64,000 nt of DNA, taken from the NCBI GenBank assembly GCA_963815945.1, contig CAWFIN010000006.1, positions 20,166 through 84,165 of the forward strand, in the 5' to 3' direction. The DNA comes from an uncultured Actinomycetes bacterium (GTDB taxonomy: Bacteria; Actinomycetota; Thermoleophilia; Gaiellales; Gaiellaceae). Every line of letters begins with the position of its first letter. Positions within the stretch are counted from its first letter, which is position 1. The position numbers were made by a program, and so were the translations under genes. This document shows, one piece after another, positions 55,954 through 64,000 of this stretch. Below the pieces are notes generated by a model. That model ran no database searches, was not told the DNA's origin, and saw only the letters and a program-made list of their open reading frames with translations.

Positions 55954-57466
55954 ACAAGCAGATCTCGGCAGTTGGCATCGGCAGCCTCGTTCTGCTCGCA
56001 TCGCTGATCGTCGCGACGACGTACTGGCAGACGTGGGCCTCCGCCGGGCTCGCTGCGCGCCAGGACAATGCGATCGAGCGCGTTGCCCAGTTCGAGGTCA
56101 AGCGCGGGCTGATCTTCGCCTCCGACGGGAAGACCATCCTCGCGGCCAACGTGCGCAAGAAGGTCGGCGGGCAGACGCTCTACTACCGCACCTATCCCAC
56201 GCACGGCTTCGCGTCGCAGGCGATCGGCTATTCGACCGCAAGCCGGTCACGCGTGGGCCTCGAACATGCCGAAAACGCGTACCTGACCGCGTCGAACCAG
56301 GATCTCAGCACGTTCGTCGAAACGCTCGGCGACAAGCTCAAGGGCACGACGGTGTCCGGCAACAACATCGTCCTGAACCTCCGCGTCGGCCCGCAGCGGA
56401 TCGCCGAGAGCCTGCTCGCCGGCAAATGCGGCGCGGCAGTCGTGCTCAACCCGCAGACCGGTGAGGTCTACGTCATGGCCTCGTCGCCGACGTACAACCC
56501 GAATCTGGTCGAGAAACCCGGCGGGTACGCGAAGATCCAGGCGACCAAAGCTCCCTGCACGCCGTCGGCGCCGCTCCTGAACCGCGCCACGCAGGGCCTC
56601 TACCCGCCAGGATCGACCTTCAAGACGATCACGGCGGCAGCCGCACTCGAGAGCGGTGACTACACGCCGACGACGCAGCTTCGTCGATCCGGGGTACTGC
56701 ACCGAGTACGGCAAGACGATCTCGAACGCCCTGAACCCCGACCAGACCTCCGAGGTGTACGGCAGGGTGACTCTCGCCCAGGCGTACCAGCACTCGATCA
56801 ACGCGGTCTTCTGCCAGATCGGGATGAAGCTCGGAGCGGCGAAGATCCTGGCACAGGCGAAGAAGTTCGGGTTCTACTCGGTGCCGCCGCTCGAAACGCC
56901 GTCCGACGCGCGATCTCCGTCGGGGCTGTACAACCAGGCGACACGGAAGCCCTTCGACCCGAAGCATGCGGACACGGCGGTCGATCCGGGGCGACTGGCG
57001 TTCGGGCAGGAGCGGATGCTCGTGACGCCGCTGCAGATGGCGATGGTGGCGGCCGCCATTGCGAACAACGGAAACGATGATGACGCCTCATCTGGTGAAG
57101 AAGATCGTCTCGCCGGGCGGATCCGTCGTCCTGCGTCCGCGACCGCGCATCCTGTCCAAGGCGACCACGCCGAAGACGGCGGCGGCGATCCGGGACATGA
57201 TGGTTCAGGTCGTCGAGGGCGGAACCGGGCGTCAGGCCGCGATCCCGGGTGTCATCGTCGCGGGCAAGACCGGCACGGCCGAGACCGGCGTCAACCACGT
57301 CTACGACGCGTGGTTCATCTTCTTCGCGCCGGCCGACCACCCCGTCGTCGCCGGCGCGGTCGTCGTGGAGAACCAGCTGAACGGATTCGGCGGCAGCGTC
57401 GCCGCTCCGATCGCCAAATCGATCATGCAGGCGATCCTCCCGGACACGTCGAAAGCCAATCCGTAG
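55950..57466 (+). pseudogene. pbpA: Class B penicillin-binding protein (PbpA-type transpeptidase); two frame changes
   Basis: ATG 55950. TM anchor IGSLVLLASLIVAT, PPGSTFKTITAAAAL (SxxK), YQHSINAVF (SxN), VAGKTGTAE (KTG). Pieces lie in three frames, with shifts near 56680 and 57075. Confidence 0.85.
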
Positions 57467-57470
57467 AACA

Positions 57471-59509
57471 ATGGCCTCGAGCGATCTCCTTCTCAACCGC
57501 GTGTTCGACCGCCGCTATCTGATCCGGCGCAAGCTCGGCTCGGGCGGGATGGCGGACGTCTATCTCGCCGACGACCAGGAGCTGGGACGGCAGGTGGCGC
57601 TCAAGATGCTGAACGAGCGGCACGCCACGGACGAGCAGTTCGTGGAACGGTTCCGGCTCGAGGCACAGAATGCAGCCGGCCTGAACCACCCGAACATCGT
57701 CTCCGTCTTCGACCGCGGGCAGGCAGAGGGCACCTACTACATCGCGATGGAGTTCCTGGACGGACGGACGCTCAAGGATCTCCTGATTCGCAACGGGCCG
57801 ACGCCGATCCCGGTGGCGATCGACTACACGCGCCAGATGCTCAGCGCCCTGGCGTTCGCGCACCGAAACGGGATCGTCCACCGCGACATCAAGCCTCACA
57901 ACATCGTCGTCGGCGACGACGGCCGGCTCAAGGTCACGGACTTCGGCATCGCCCGCTCGGGCACGTCGCAGATGACCGAAGCCGGATCGATCGTCGGGAC
58001 AGCGCAGTACCTCTCGCCCGAGCAGGCCCGCGGCGCGCCGGTCGACCCGCGCTCCGACCTGTACTCGCTCGGGATCGTGATGTACGAGATGCTGACCGGG
58101 ACGGTCCCGTTCACCGGGGACGCGCCCGTCGAGATCGCGATGAAGCATCTCTCGGCGATTCCGAACCCACCGTCCGTGCTCCGTCCCGAAGTCCCGCACG
58201 ACCTCGACGCCGTCGTGATGCGTGCGCTCGCGAAGGAGCCCGACCAGCGCTACGCCTCCGCCGAGGAGATGGAGGCCGACCTCGCCCGCGTCGCGCGGGG
58301 TGTCGCCGTTTCTCCGAGGACCGAGGAGGCGATGACACAGGTGCTTGCGGGCGCGGGAATCGCGGCTGCGGCCGCAACGACGGTGTCGCCGCCGCGCCCG
58401 GCCACACCTCCGCCTGCCCCCGCGCCGCCTCCCTACCTTCCACCCGGTGGGCACTCCGGCCACGACGAGCCGCGGCGGCGGCGATCGTGGTGGCCCTGGC
58501 TTCTCGGACTGCTCGCGGTCGCGATCGCCGCCGGCGCCGGCTACCTCCTGTACCAGAGCATCCAGAGCCAACTCGATCAGGCCCAGACGATCCCCGTCGA
58601 GAACATCGAGCTCCTCCGGGCCGACCTGGCGATCCAAAAGCTGAAAGCCCAGGGCTTCCAGGTAACCGTCGTCCGGGACGCGAGCGACACCGTCCCGAGG
58701 GGTGCCGTCATCTCGCAGGACCCCGTAAGCGGTCTCAAGATCGCGAGAGACTCGATCGTCGTGATCCACGTCTCGACGGGGAAGACGACGGGTCAAGGTC
58801 CCTCCCGTCAAGGGTTTCTCGCTCGAGCAGGCCATCTCGACTCTCGTCGGCGCCGACCTGAAGTCGAACCCGGTCTCGATCTACTCGTCGGCGCCTGCGA
58901 ACACCGTCACCGCGCAGGATCCAGCGGCAGGCACGAACGTCGTCGTCGGAACGGTCGTGCGCATCAACATCTCGAAGGGACTGAAGCCGGTGGCGATCCC
59001 GAACGTCGTCGGGAAGACCGTACGCCGATGCCTCGAGCCAGCTCGAAGCCGCAGGGTTCAAGGTCACCCGCACCGATATCGACTCGCCGAAGCCGAAAAA
59101 CCAGGTCCTCGCGCAGAGCCCGGTGTCGGGAACAGACGTGCCGGCCGGCACCGAGGTCACGCTGTCGGTCTCCCAGGGCCAGCCGGTCACGCAGGTTCCC
59201 GACGTGACCGGGCAGAGCGACATCGACGCCGAAACGCTGCTCAGCGGGGCCGGCTTCAAGTCCGAAGTCCAGACGCAGACCGTGACCGATCCAAGCCAGG
59301 CCGGGGTCGTCCTGTCGCAGAGCTCCCGCGGGCGGCACGGAGGCGGCCAAGGGCGCGGTCATCACACTCACCGTCGGCCAGTACTCCCCGCCTGCCACGA
59401 CCCCGGCCGTGACGACGCCGCGACGACGGCGACAACCACGACCACTCCGACCACGACGACCACTCCGACACCGACGACGACCACGACCCCGGCGGCCCCG
59501 ACTCCTTGA
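57471..59509 (+). pseudogene. pknB: PknB-type Ser/Thr kinase with TM helix and PASTA repeats, Thr/Pro-rich tail; about 4 frame changes in the PASTA region
   Basis: LGSGGMADVYLA, VALKML, HRDIKPHNIVV, DFGIAR, GTAQYLSPEQ. TM helix WWPWLLGLLAVAIAAGAGYLLY. PASTA-like units (VPNVVGKTV..AGFKV; VPDVTGQS..AGFKS) lie in other frames. Shifts near 58790, 59020, 59320 and 59420. Confidence 0.9.
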
Positions 59510-60519
59510 GCGGGCGCGTCGCCGTCATCACGGGCGGCCGGTCGAGCGAGCACGAAATCGCGGTCGCCTCGGCCCAGAGCGTCGCCGGCACGCTCGCAGC
59601 GGCCGGCTGGGACGTCGTCACGATCGAAATCGACCGCGAGGGACGATGGTCGCTCGGCGCCGGCACGACCCCCGCGCTCGAGCCCGGACAGGGTCACGAG
59701 CTCGCCCGCCTGCCCGATCGCTCCATCGCGCAGGCGCTCTCGGGCGTCGACGTCGTCTTCCCGGTTCTGCACGGCCCGCACGGTGAGGACGGCACGGTGC
59801 AGGGGTTGCTCGAGCTCGCCGGCGTTCCGTACGTCGGTGCAGGCGTCGCTGCGTCGGCGCTCTGCATGGACAAGGATCTCTTCAAGTCGGTCCTGCGCGA
59901 CCACGGCATCCCGGTGACGCGGAACATCACGCTCCGTGCCGGCGATTCGGCGCGGAATCCGTTCGACTACCCGGTGTTCGTCAAGCCCGCACGACTCGGC
60001 TCGTCGGTCGGAATCTCGAAGGCTCACGACGACGCCGAGCTCGAGGCAGCCGTGGCCCTCGCCTTCGAGCACGACGACAAGGTGCTCGTCGAGGAGTTCG
60101 TCGTGGGGCTCGAAGTCGAAGTCGGCATCCTTGGAGGCATGCCTCCCGTCGCCTCGCTCCCGGGCGAGATCTCGGTGACGCAGGCCGAGTGGTACGACTA
60201 CGCAGCCAAGTACGACGCCGGCGGGATGGAGCTGATCGTCCCGGCGCGGATCTCGGACGAGCAGACGGCCAGAGTGCAGGAGCTCGCGATCCAGGCGTTC
60301 GTGGCGACCGAGTGCGAGGGGATGGCGCGCGCGGACATGTTCGTGCGCGAGGACGGTGAGGTGCTCGTGAACGAGCTGAACACGATTCCAGGGTTCACGT
60401 CGACGAGCGTGTACGCCGAGCTCTTCGCCGCGTCGGGAGTCGGTTACGCACTGCTGCTCGAACGGCTGATCGGCCTTGCGCTCGAGCGGCACGATCGCCG
60501 CAGCAGCCTGCGCTTCTAG
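59506..60519 (+). CDS. ddl: D-alanine--D-alanine ligase
   Basis: TTG 59506 overlaps the pknB stop (TTGA). Intact 337 aa. VAVITGGRSSEHEIAVAS, VFPVLHGPHGEDGTVQGLLE, PVFVKPARLGSSVGISK, GMARADMFV..VNELNTIPGFT. Confidence 0.9.
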   Translation: MSGRVAVITGGRSSEHEIAVASAQSVAGTLAAAGWDVVTIEIDREGRWSLGAGTTPALEPGQGHELARLPDRSIAQALSGVDVVFPVLHGPHGEDGTVQGLLELAGVPYVGAGVAASALCMDKDLFKSVLRDHGIPVTRNITLRAGDSARNPFDYPVFVKPARLGSSVGISKAHDDAELEAAVALAFEHDDKVLVEEFVVGLEVEVGILGGMPPVASLPGEISVTQAEWYDYAAKYDAGGMELIVPARISDEQTARVQELAIQAFVATECEGMARADMFVREDGEVLVNELNTIPGFTSTSVYAELFAASGVGYALLLERLIGLALERHDRRSSLRF

Positions 60520-61842
60520 CCGAGAACGGCTTCCAGCGCCTCTTCCCAGACGCCGAGGGCCTCGTCGAGCTCGGCGTCGGTGACGACGAGCGGGACGAGC
60601 ACACGGATGCAGTTGCCATAGCTTCCACAGGTGATGAGCATCAGGCCGCGCGCGAGCGCTTCCTCGCTCACCTGCGCCGCGAGCTCCGGCGCCGGCTCCT
60701 GGGTCGAGCGCTCCGCGACGAGCTCGATCGCGAGCATCGATCCGAGCCCGCGCACGTCGCCGATCGCGAGAAAGCGCTCCTGCCACGCGAGCATGCGCGC
60801 CCGGATCGTCTCGCCGATCGCAGCCGACCGCTCGACGAGGCCCTCGTCCTCGATCACGTCGAGGACGGCCAGCGCTGCGGCCTGCGCGACCGGGTTGCCG
60901 ACGTACGTGCCGCCGATCGCGCCCGGAGCGGCCGCGTCCATGATCTCCTGCCTGCCGAGCACGCCCGAGAGCGGCAGGCCCATCGCGATCGACTTCGCGA
61001 TCACGACGAGGTCGGGCTCGACACCGGAGTGCTCGATCGCGAAGAACCTGCCGGTGCGTCCGAAGCCGGTCTGCACCTCGTCGACGACCATCACGATGCC
61101 GTGCTCGTCGCAGATCCGCCGCACGTCCGCGCAGGAACTCGGCCGGCGCCGGAACGAATCCGCCCTCGCCGAGCACCGGCTCGATCACGATCGCAGCCAC
61201 GTTCTCGGGCGCGACCTGGTTCAGCAGCTTCTGCTCGAGCGCCGCCAGCGCCGCCGCGCGAGTCGACGCCGCGGTACTCGTACGGAAAAGCGGTGCGGTA
61301 GACCTCGGGCGCGAACGGGCCGAGCCCGGCCTTGTACGGGTGCGTCTTCGACGTCAGCGTCAGCGACAGCAGCGTCCGGCCGTGGAAGCCGCCCTCGAAG
61401 CGCGATCACCGCCGGCCGGCCCGTGTAGGCGCGCGCGAGCTTGACCGCGTTCTCGACCGCTTCGGTGCCGGCGTTGAAGAACGCTGCCTTGCCCGGGCCG
61501 GTGAACGGCGCGCGCGCGAGCAGGCGCTCGGCGAGCGAGACGTAGACCTCGTACGGAACGACCGCGAAGTCGGTGTGGCTGAAGCGGTCGAGCTGCTCCT
61601 GCGCCGCCGCGACCACGTGCGGGTGCGAGTGACCGACGTTCAGGCAGCCGACACCGCCCGCGAAGTCGATGAAGGTGTTGCCGTCGACGTCGGTGATCGT
61701 GACGCCACGCGCCTCGGCTGCGACGACCGGGAACGTCATCGCCAGCGGCCGTCGCGACCGCGCGCTCGAGCCGGGCTCCGATCTCCTGCGAGCGCGGGCC
61801 CGGAATCTCGGTCTTGAGCTCGATCGTGCGGGTGGTCGCCAC
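60516..61842 (-). pseudogene. gabT: Class III aminotransferase, 4-aminobutyrate aminotransferase-like; frame broken at least 5 times
   Basis: ATG 61842. LKTEIPGPRSQEI | TDVDGNTFIDFAGGVGCLNVGHSHPHVVAAAQEQL..FFNAGTEAVENAVKLAR | AFEGGFHGRT.. | AAIVIEPVLGEGGF | VVDEVQTGFGRTGRFFAIEH..DLVVIAKSIAMGLP. The last 600 nt are intact. Confidence 0.8.
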
Positions 61843-61881
61843 GAACCCAGCCTAGCGAACCGGGCATGACAGAATCGCGGT

Positions 61882-62452
61882 GTGGTCCTGTCAGATCGCA
61901 CCATCGAGCGCCTGATCGGCGAGGGCCGGATCGAGATCGACCCGTACGACTCGTCGCTCCTTCAGCCGTCGAGCGTGGACGTGCGCGTCGACCGCTACTT
62001 CCGCGTCTTCCGCAACAACCTGTACCCGTACATCGACGTCAAGGTCGAGCAGGAGAACCTGACGGAGCTCGTCGAGATCGGGGACGAGCCGTTCATCCTC
62101 CATCCGGGCGAGTTCGTGCTCGGCTCGACGCTCGAGCGGGTGAAGCTCCCCGACGACCTCGTCGCCCGGCTCGAGGGCAAGAGCTCGCTCGGCCGCCTCG
62201 GCCTGCTGATCCACTCGACCGCCGGCTTCATCGACCCGGGCTGGGACGGGCACGTCACGCTCGAGCTCTCGAACGTCGCCAACCTGCCGATCACGATCTA
62301 CCACGGGATGAAGATCGGCCAGATCTCGTTCGTGCAGCTCTCCGAGCCCGCCGCGAACCCGTACGGGTCGAACGGGCTCGGCTCGAAGTACCAGGGCCAG
62401 CGCGGCCCGACGCCGAGCCGCTACTGGCAGAACTTCAAGCAGAGACGCATGA
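61882..62452 (+). pseudogene. dcd: dCTP deaminase; no in-frame stop, probable frame change in the last codons
   Basis: GTG 61882. [72 protein letters not shown]. The frame reads straight into MKILVTGG. A 1-nt shift would give TGA 62450-62452, overlapping ATG 62449. Confidence 0.85.
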
Positions 62453-63336
62453 AGATCCTCGTCACGGGCGGGACCGGGTTCGTCGGGCCCGGGTCGTGCA
62501 CGCGCTGCGCGCCGAGGGCCGCGAGGTTCGCGCGCTCGTGCGCACCCCCGAGCGGGCTGCGCGGCTGTCGAGCCTCGGAGTCGAGATCGCGACCGGCGAC
62601 GTCACCGACCCCGCGAGTGTCGAAGCCGCGGCCGACGGCTGCACGCACGTCGTCCACCTCGTCGCGATCATTCGCGGCCGTCCCGCCGATTTCCAGCGGG
62701 TGATGGTCGACGGGTTTCGCACGGTCCTCGCGGCGGCGAGCGAGGCAGGCGTCTCGCGGGTCGTCCTGATGAGCGCCCTCGGCACCGGCGAAGACGACGA
62801 AGGACGGCGTGCCGTACTTCAGGGCGAAGTGGCAGATGGAGCGCGACCTCGTCGAGTCGGGCCTCGAGCACGTCATCTTCCGGCCGAGCTTCGTCTTCGG
62901 CCGCGATGGAGGCGCACTGCCGACGTTCATCCGGCAGGTGAAGCTCTCGCCCGTCGTGACGGTGATCGGGAACGGGCTCCAGCGGTCCCAGCCGATCTGG
63001 GTCGACGACGTCGCCGCCTATTTCGCGCGCGGCGTCGACCAGCCCGAGGCGGCAAACCGGACGTTCGAGCTCGGCGGCCCCGACACCGTCACCTGGAACG
63101 AGCTGTACCTGCGGATCGCGGCAGCCCTCGGCAAGCGGCGCCATCTCGTCCACGTCCCGGTCGGCCTGGCCCGCACCGGCGCACGACTCACCGAGCGGCT
63201 CCCCGGCGCGCCCCTCAGCGCCGACCAGGTGACGATGCTCGAAGGCCCCGACAACGTCGTCTCCGGCCCCGAGGCGACCGACGTGTTCGGGCTCGAGCTG
63301 GTCCCGCTCGACGAGCAGCTCCAGCGAGCCGTTTAA
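62449..63336 (+). pseudogene. NAD(P)H-binding atypical SDR (NmrA / complex I NDUFA9-like); two frame changes
   Basis: [13 protein letters not shown] | ..[34 protein letters not shown] | PYFRAKWQMERDLVESGLEHVIFRPSFVFG..FELGGPD. Shifts near 62490 and 62800. Confidence 0.75.
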
Positions 63337-63364
63337 AAGAAAACGGGCCGCACGAAGGCGGCCC
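63335..63364 (-). terminator. Intrinsic terminator read on the minus strand (hairpin plus U-rich tail)
   Basis: Minus strand reads GGGCCGC cttcgt GCGGCCC GTTTTCTTTT (7-bp GC stem 63345-51/63358-64, tail 63335-44). It directly abuts the TAA of the convergent plus-strand SDR gene. Confidence 0.7.
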
Positions 63365-63594
63365 GTCTCCCGGTGACTAGCAGTATTTCGTAGGGCCGCT
63401 TCCGGCCGACTGTGTCAGCGGCGCGTTACGCGTCGTCCCCCACGCTGGCTAGGCGATTCCCCGTCAGGTCCCGGGGACACGTCCCTACGAGCTAGCACCT
63501 CCACTGCCCGTACTGGAAATCTCCATCTACCGGACCACCTCCTTTCCGCGGTTATCCCTACTTTAACCCGCCAGTCAAGACGGCATTCCCGGGT
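63365..63594 (-). ncRNA. Unassigned roughly 230-nt non-coding transcript segment (3' UTR of the Rieske gene or an independent small RNA)
   Basis: No ORF of 60 aa or more on either strand. Bounded by the Rieske stop (63595) and the terminator. Contains local hairpins (TCCCCG/CGGGGA, GGCCG gaag CGGCC) and GAAAGGAGGTGGTCC at 63545-63531. Confidence 0.35.
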
Positions 63595-63910
63595 TCAGGG
63601 GACCTCGACCGTGACGATCCCGTCGTCGACGCGAACGGGGAAGGTTGCGACAGGGAGGTACGCCGGCAGGGACAGCGGCACGCCGGTGCGGAGGTCGAAC
63701 TCGGAGCCGTGCCGCGGGCAGACGACGACACAGCGCTCCTCGTCCCAGACGCCCTCGCAGAGCGGGCCGTCGTCGTGCGAACAACGGTCCTCGAGCGCGA
63801 AGAGCTCGCCCGCCGCAGTTGTAGACGCCGATCTCGAGCGGTCCCTCGACCACGATCTTCATCGAGCCCGGCGGCAACTCCGCGAGCGGCGCGACGACGA
63901 GCTCAGGCAA
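63595..63910 (-). pseudogene. Rieske [2Fe-2S] ferredoxin-type small protein; one frame change
   Basis: LPELVVAPLAELPPGSMKIVVEGPLEIGVYNCGG | ELFALEDRCSHDDGPLCEG..VVVCPRHGSEFDLRTG..VRVDDGIVTVEVP-TGA. CxH and CxxH ligand boxes present. Shift near 63810. The TTG 63910 start is tentative (alternative ATG 63862). Confidence 0.75.
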
Positions 63911-64000
63911 AGTCCAGCCCCTGCCACTCGTCCGGCAGCGGCGTGCCCTTTGCGCGATGCAGTGCGACCTTGAGCACACCGAGGCCGAGGATCGCGCACT
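63903..64000 (-). CDS. 3' end of an unidentified gene running out of the window
   Basis: Open frame ..CAILGLGVLKVALHRAKGTPLPDEWQGLDFA-TGA (63903-63905), overlapping the tentative Rieske start by 8 nt. Too short to assign. Confidence 0.3.
   Translation of the reverse strand, partial: CAILGLGVLKVALHRAKGTPLPDEWQGLDFA

Noticed and set aside
59400-59509. Repetitive ACGACGACCAC/TCCGAC DNA at the end of pknB.
   Set aside because: In the frame that ends at the TTGA junction with ddl it encodes a Thr/Pro-rich low-complexity tail (TTTTTPTTTTTPTPTTTTTP). It is a linker-type sequence, not a CRISPR or a tandem-repeat element.
63425-63475. ACCTGAC..CCAGCGTGGGGGA resembles the ACCUGAUCUGG..CCAGCGUAGGGA core of the TPP riboswitch.
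   Set aside because: The partner CUGAGA element and the pairing register are missing. The element also lies at the 3' end of a transcript with no downstream gene to regulate.
63575-63600. CTGAACCCGGG followed by ..GCCGTCTTGACTGG resembles the CUGAACCCGGGUAGGCUGCUUGAGCCAG segment of RNase P RNA.
   Set aside because: The universally conserved GAGGAAAGUCCGG and ACAGAACCCGGC elements are absent. The region upstream that would have to hold the rest of the RNA encodes a convincing Rieske protein, and this segment includes that gene's stop codon.

Overview
High-GC (by eye roughly 70 percent) chromosomal segment of Actinomycetota type, densely coding on both strands. I can support about 75 protein-coding genes. 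I saw no rRNA, tRNA, CRISPR array, transposase or integrase.

Layout:
- 1-8.4 kb, envelope/ECF block: MMPL fragment, DUF3105, HtrA-like protease, SigK/RskA pair, Tat ferritin-like protein, and a DUF1800-DUF1501-cupredoxin trio.
- 8.4-22.7 kb, one long minus-strand array: ABC exporter, MauE, TlpA-type thioredoxin, SCO1, CopC-CopD, YcnI, several exported proteins of unknown family, two paralogous membrane proteins around a cupredoxin fragment, an FAD oxidoreductase and a GT39-like glycosyltransferase. ctaB is divergent at 22.7 kb.
- 24-35 kb: a patch of small orphan genes in mixed orientation, a 727-aa Cys-pair repeat surface protein and a decayed acetamidase remnant.
- 35-49 kb, housekeeping: META-domain protein, amidase, hisN, pgi, rpiB, ABC-F, clpS, pdtaS-pdtaR, glnA, sulfurtransferase, HNH.
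- 49-60.5 kb: FHA / PP2C / RodA / PBP / PknB cell-wall signalling cluster ending in ddl.
- 60.5-64 kb: gabT, dcd, an NDUFA9-like SDR, a 230-nt non-coding element and a Rieske ferredoxin.

About 25 genes, including normally essential ones (glnA, rodA, pbpA, pknB), can only be read by joining two to six reading frames, while long neighbouring genes are intact. I suspect consensus indel errors rather than real decay. These genes are listed as type pseudogene only to flag the broken frame.

Best candidates for something undescribed:
- the translationally coupled copper operon at 10.4-17.9 kb, with four unplaced exported proteins;
- the terminator/antiterminator leader in front of glnA, next to an ANTAR two-component pair;
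- the structured 3' element at 63.3-63.6 kb, which carries a 15-nt anti-16S-tail match.

All family assignments come from motif recognition by eye, not from searches.
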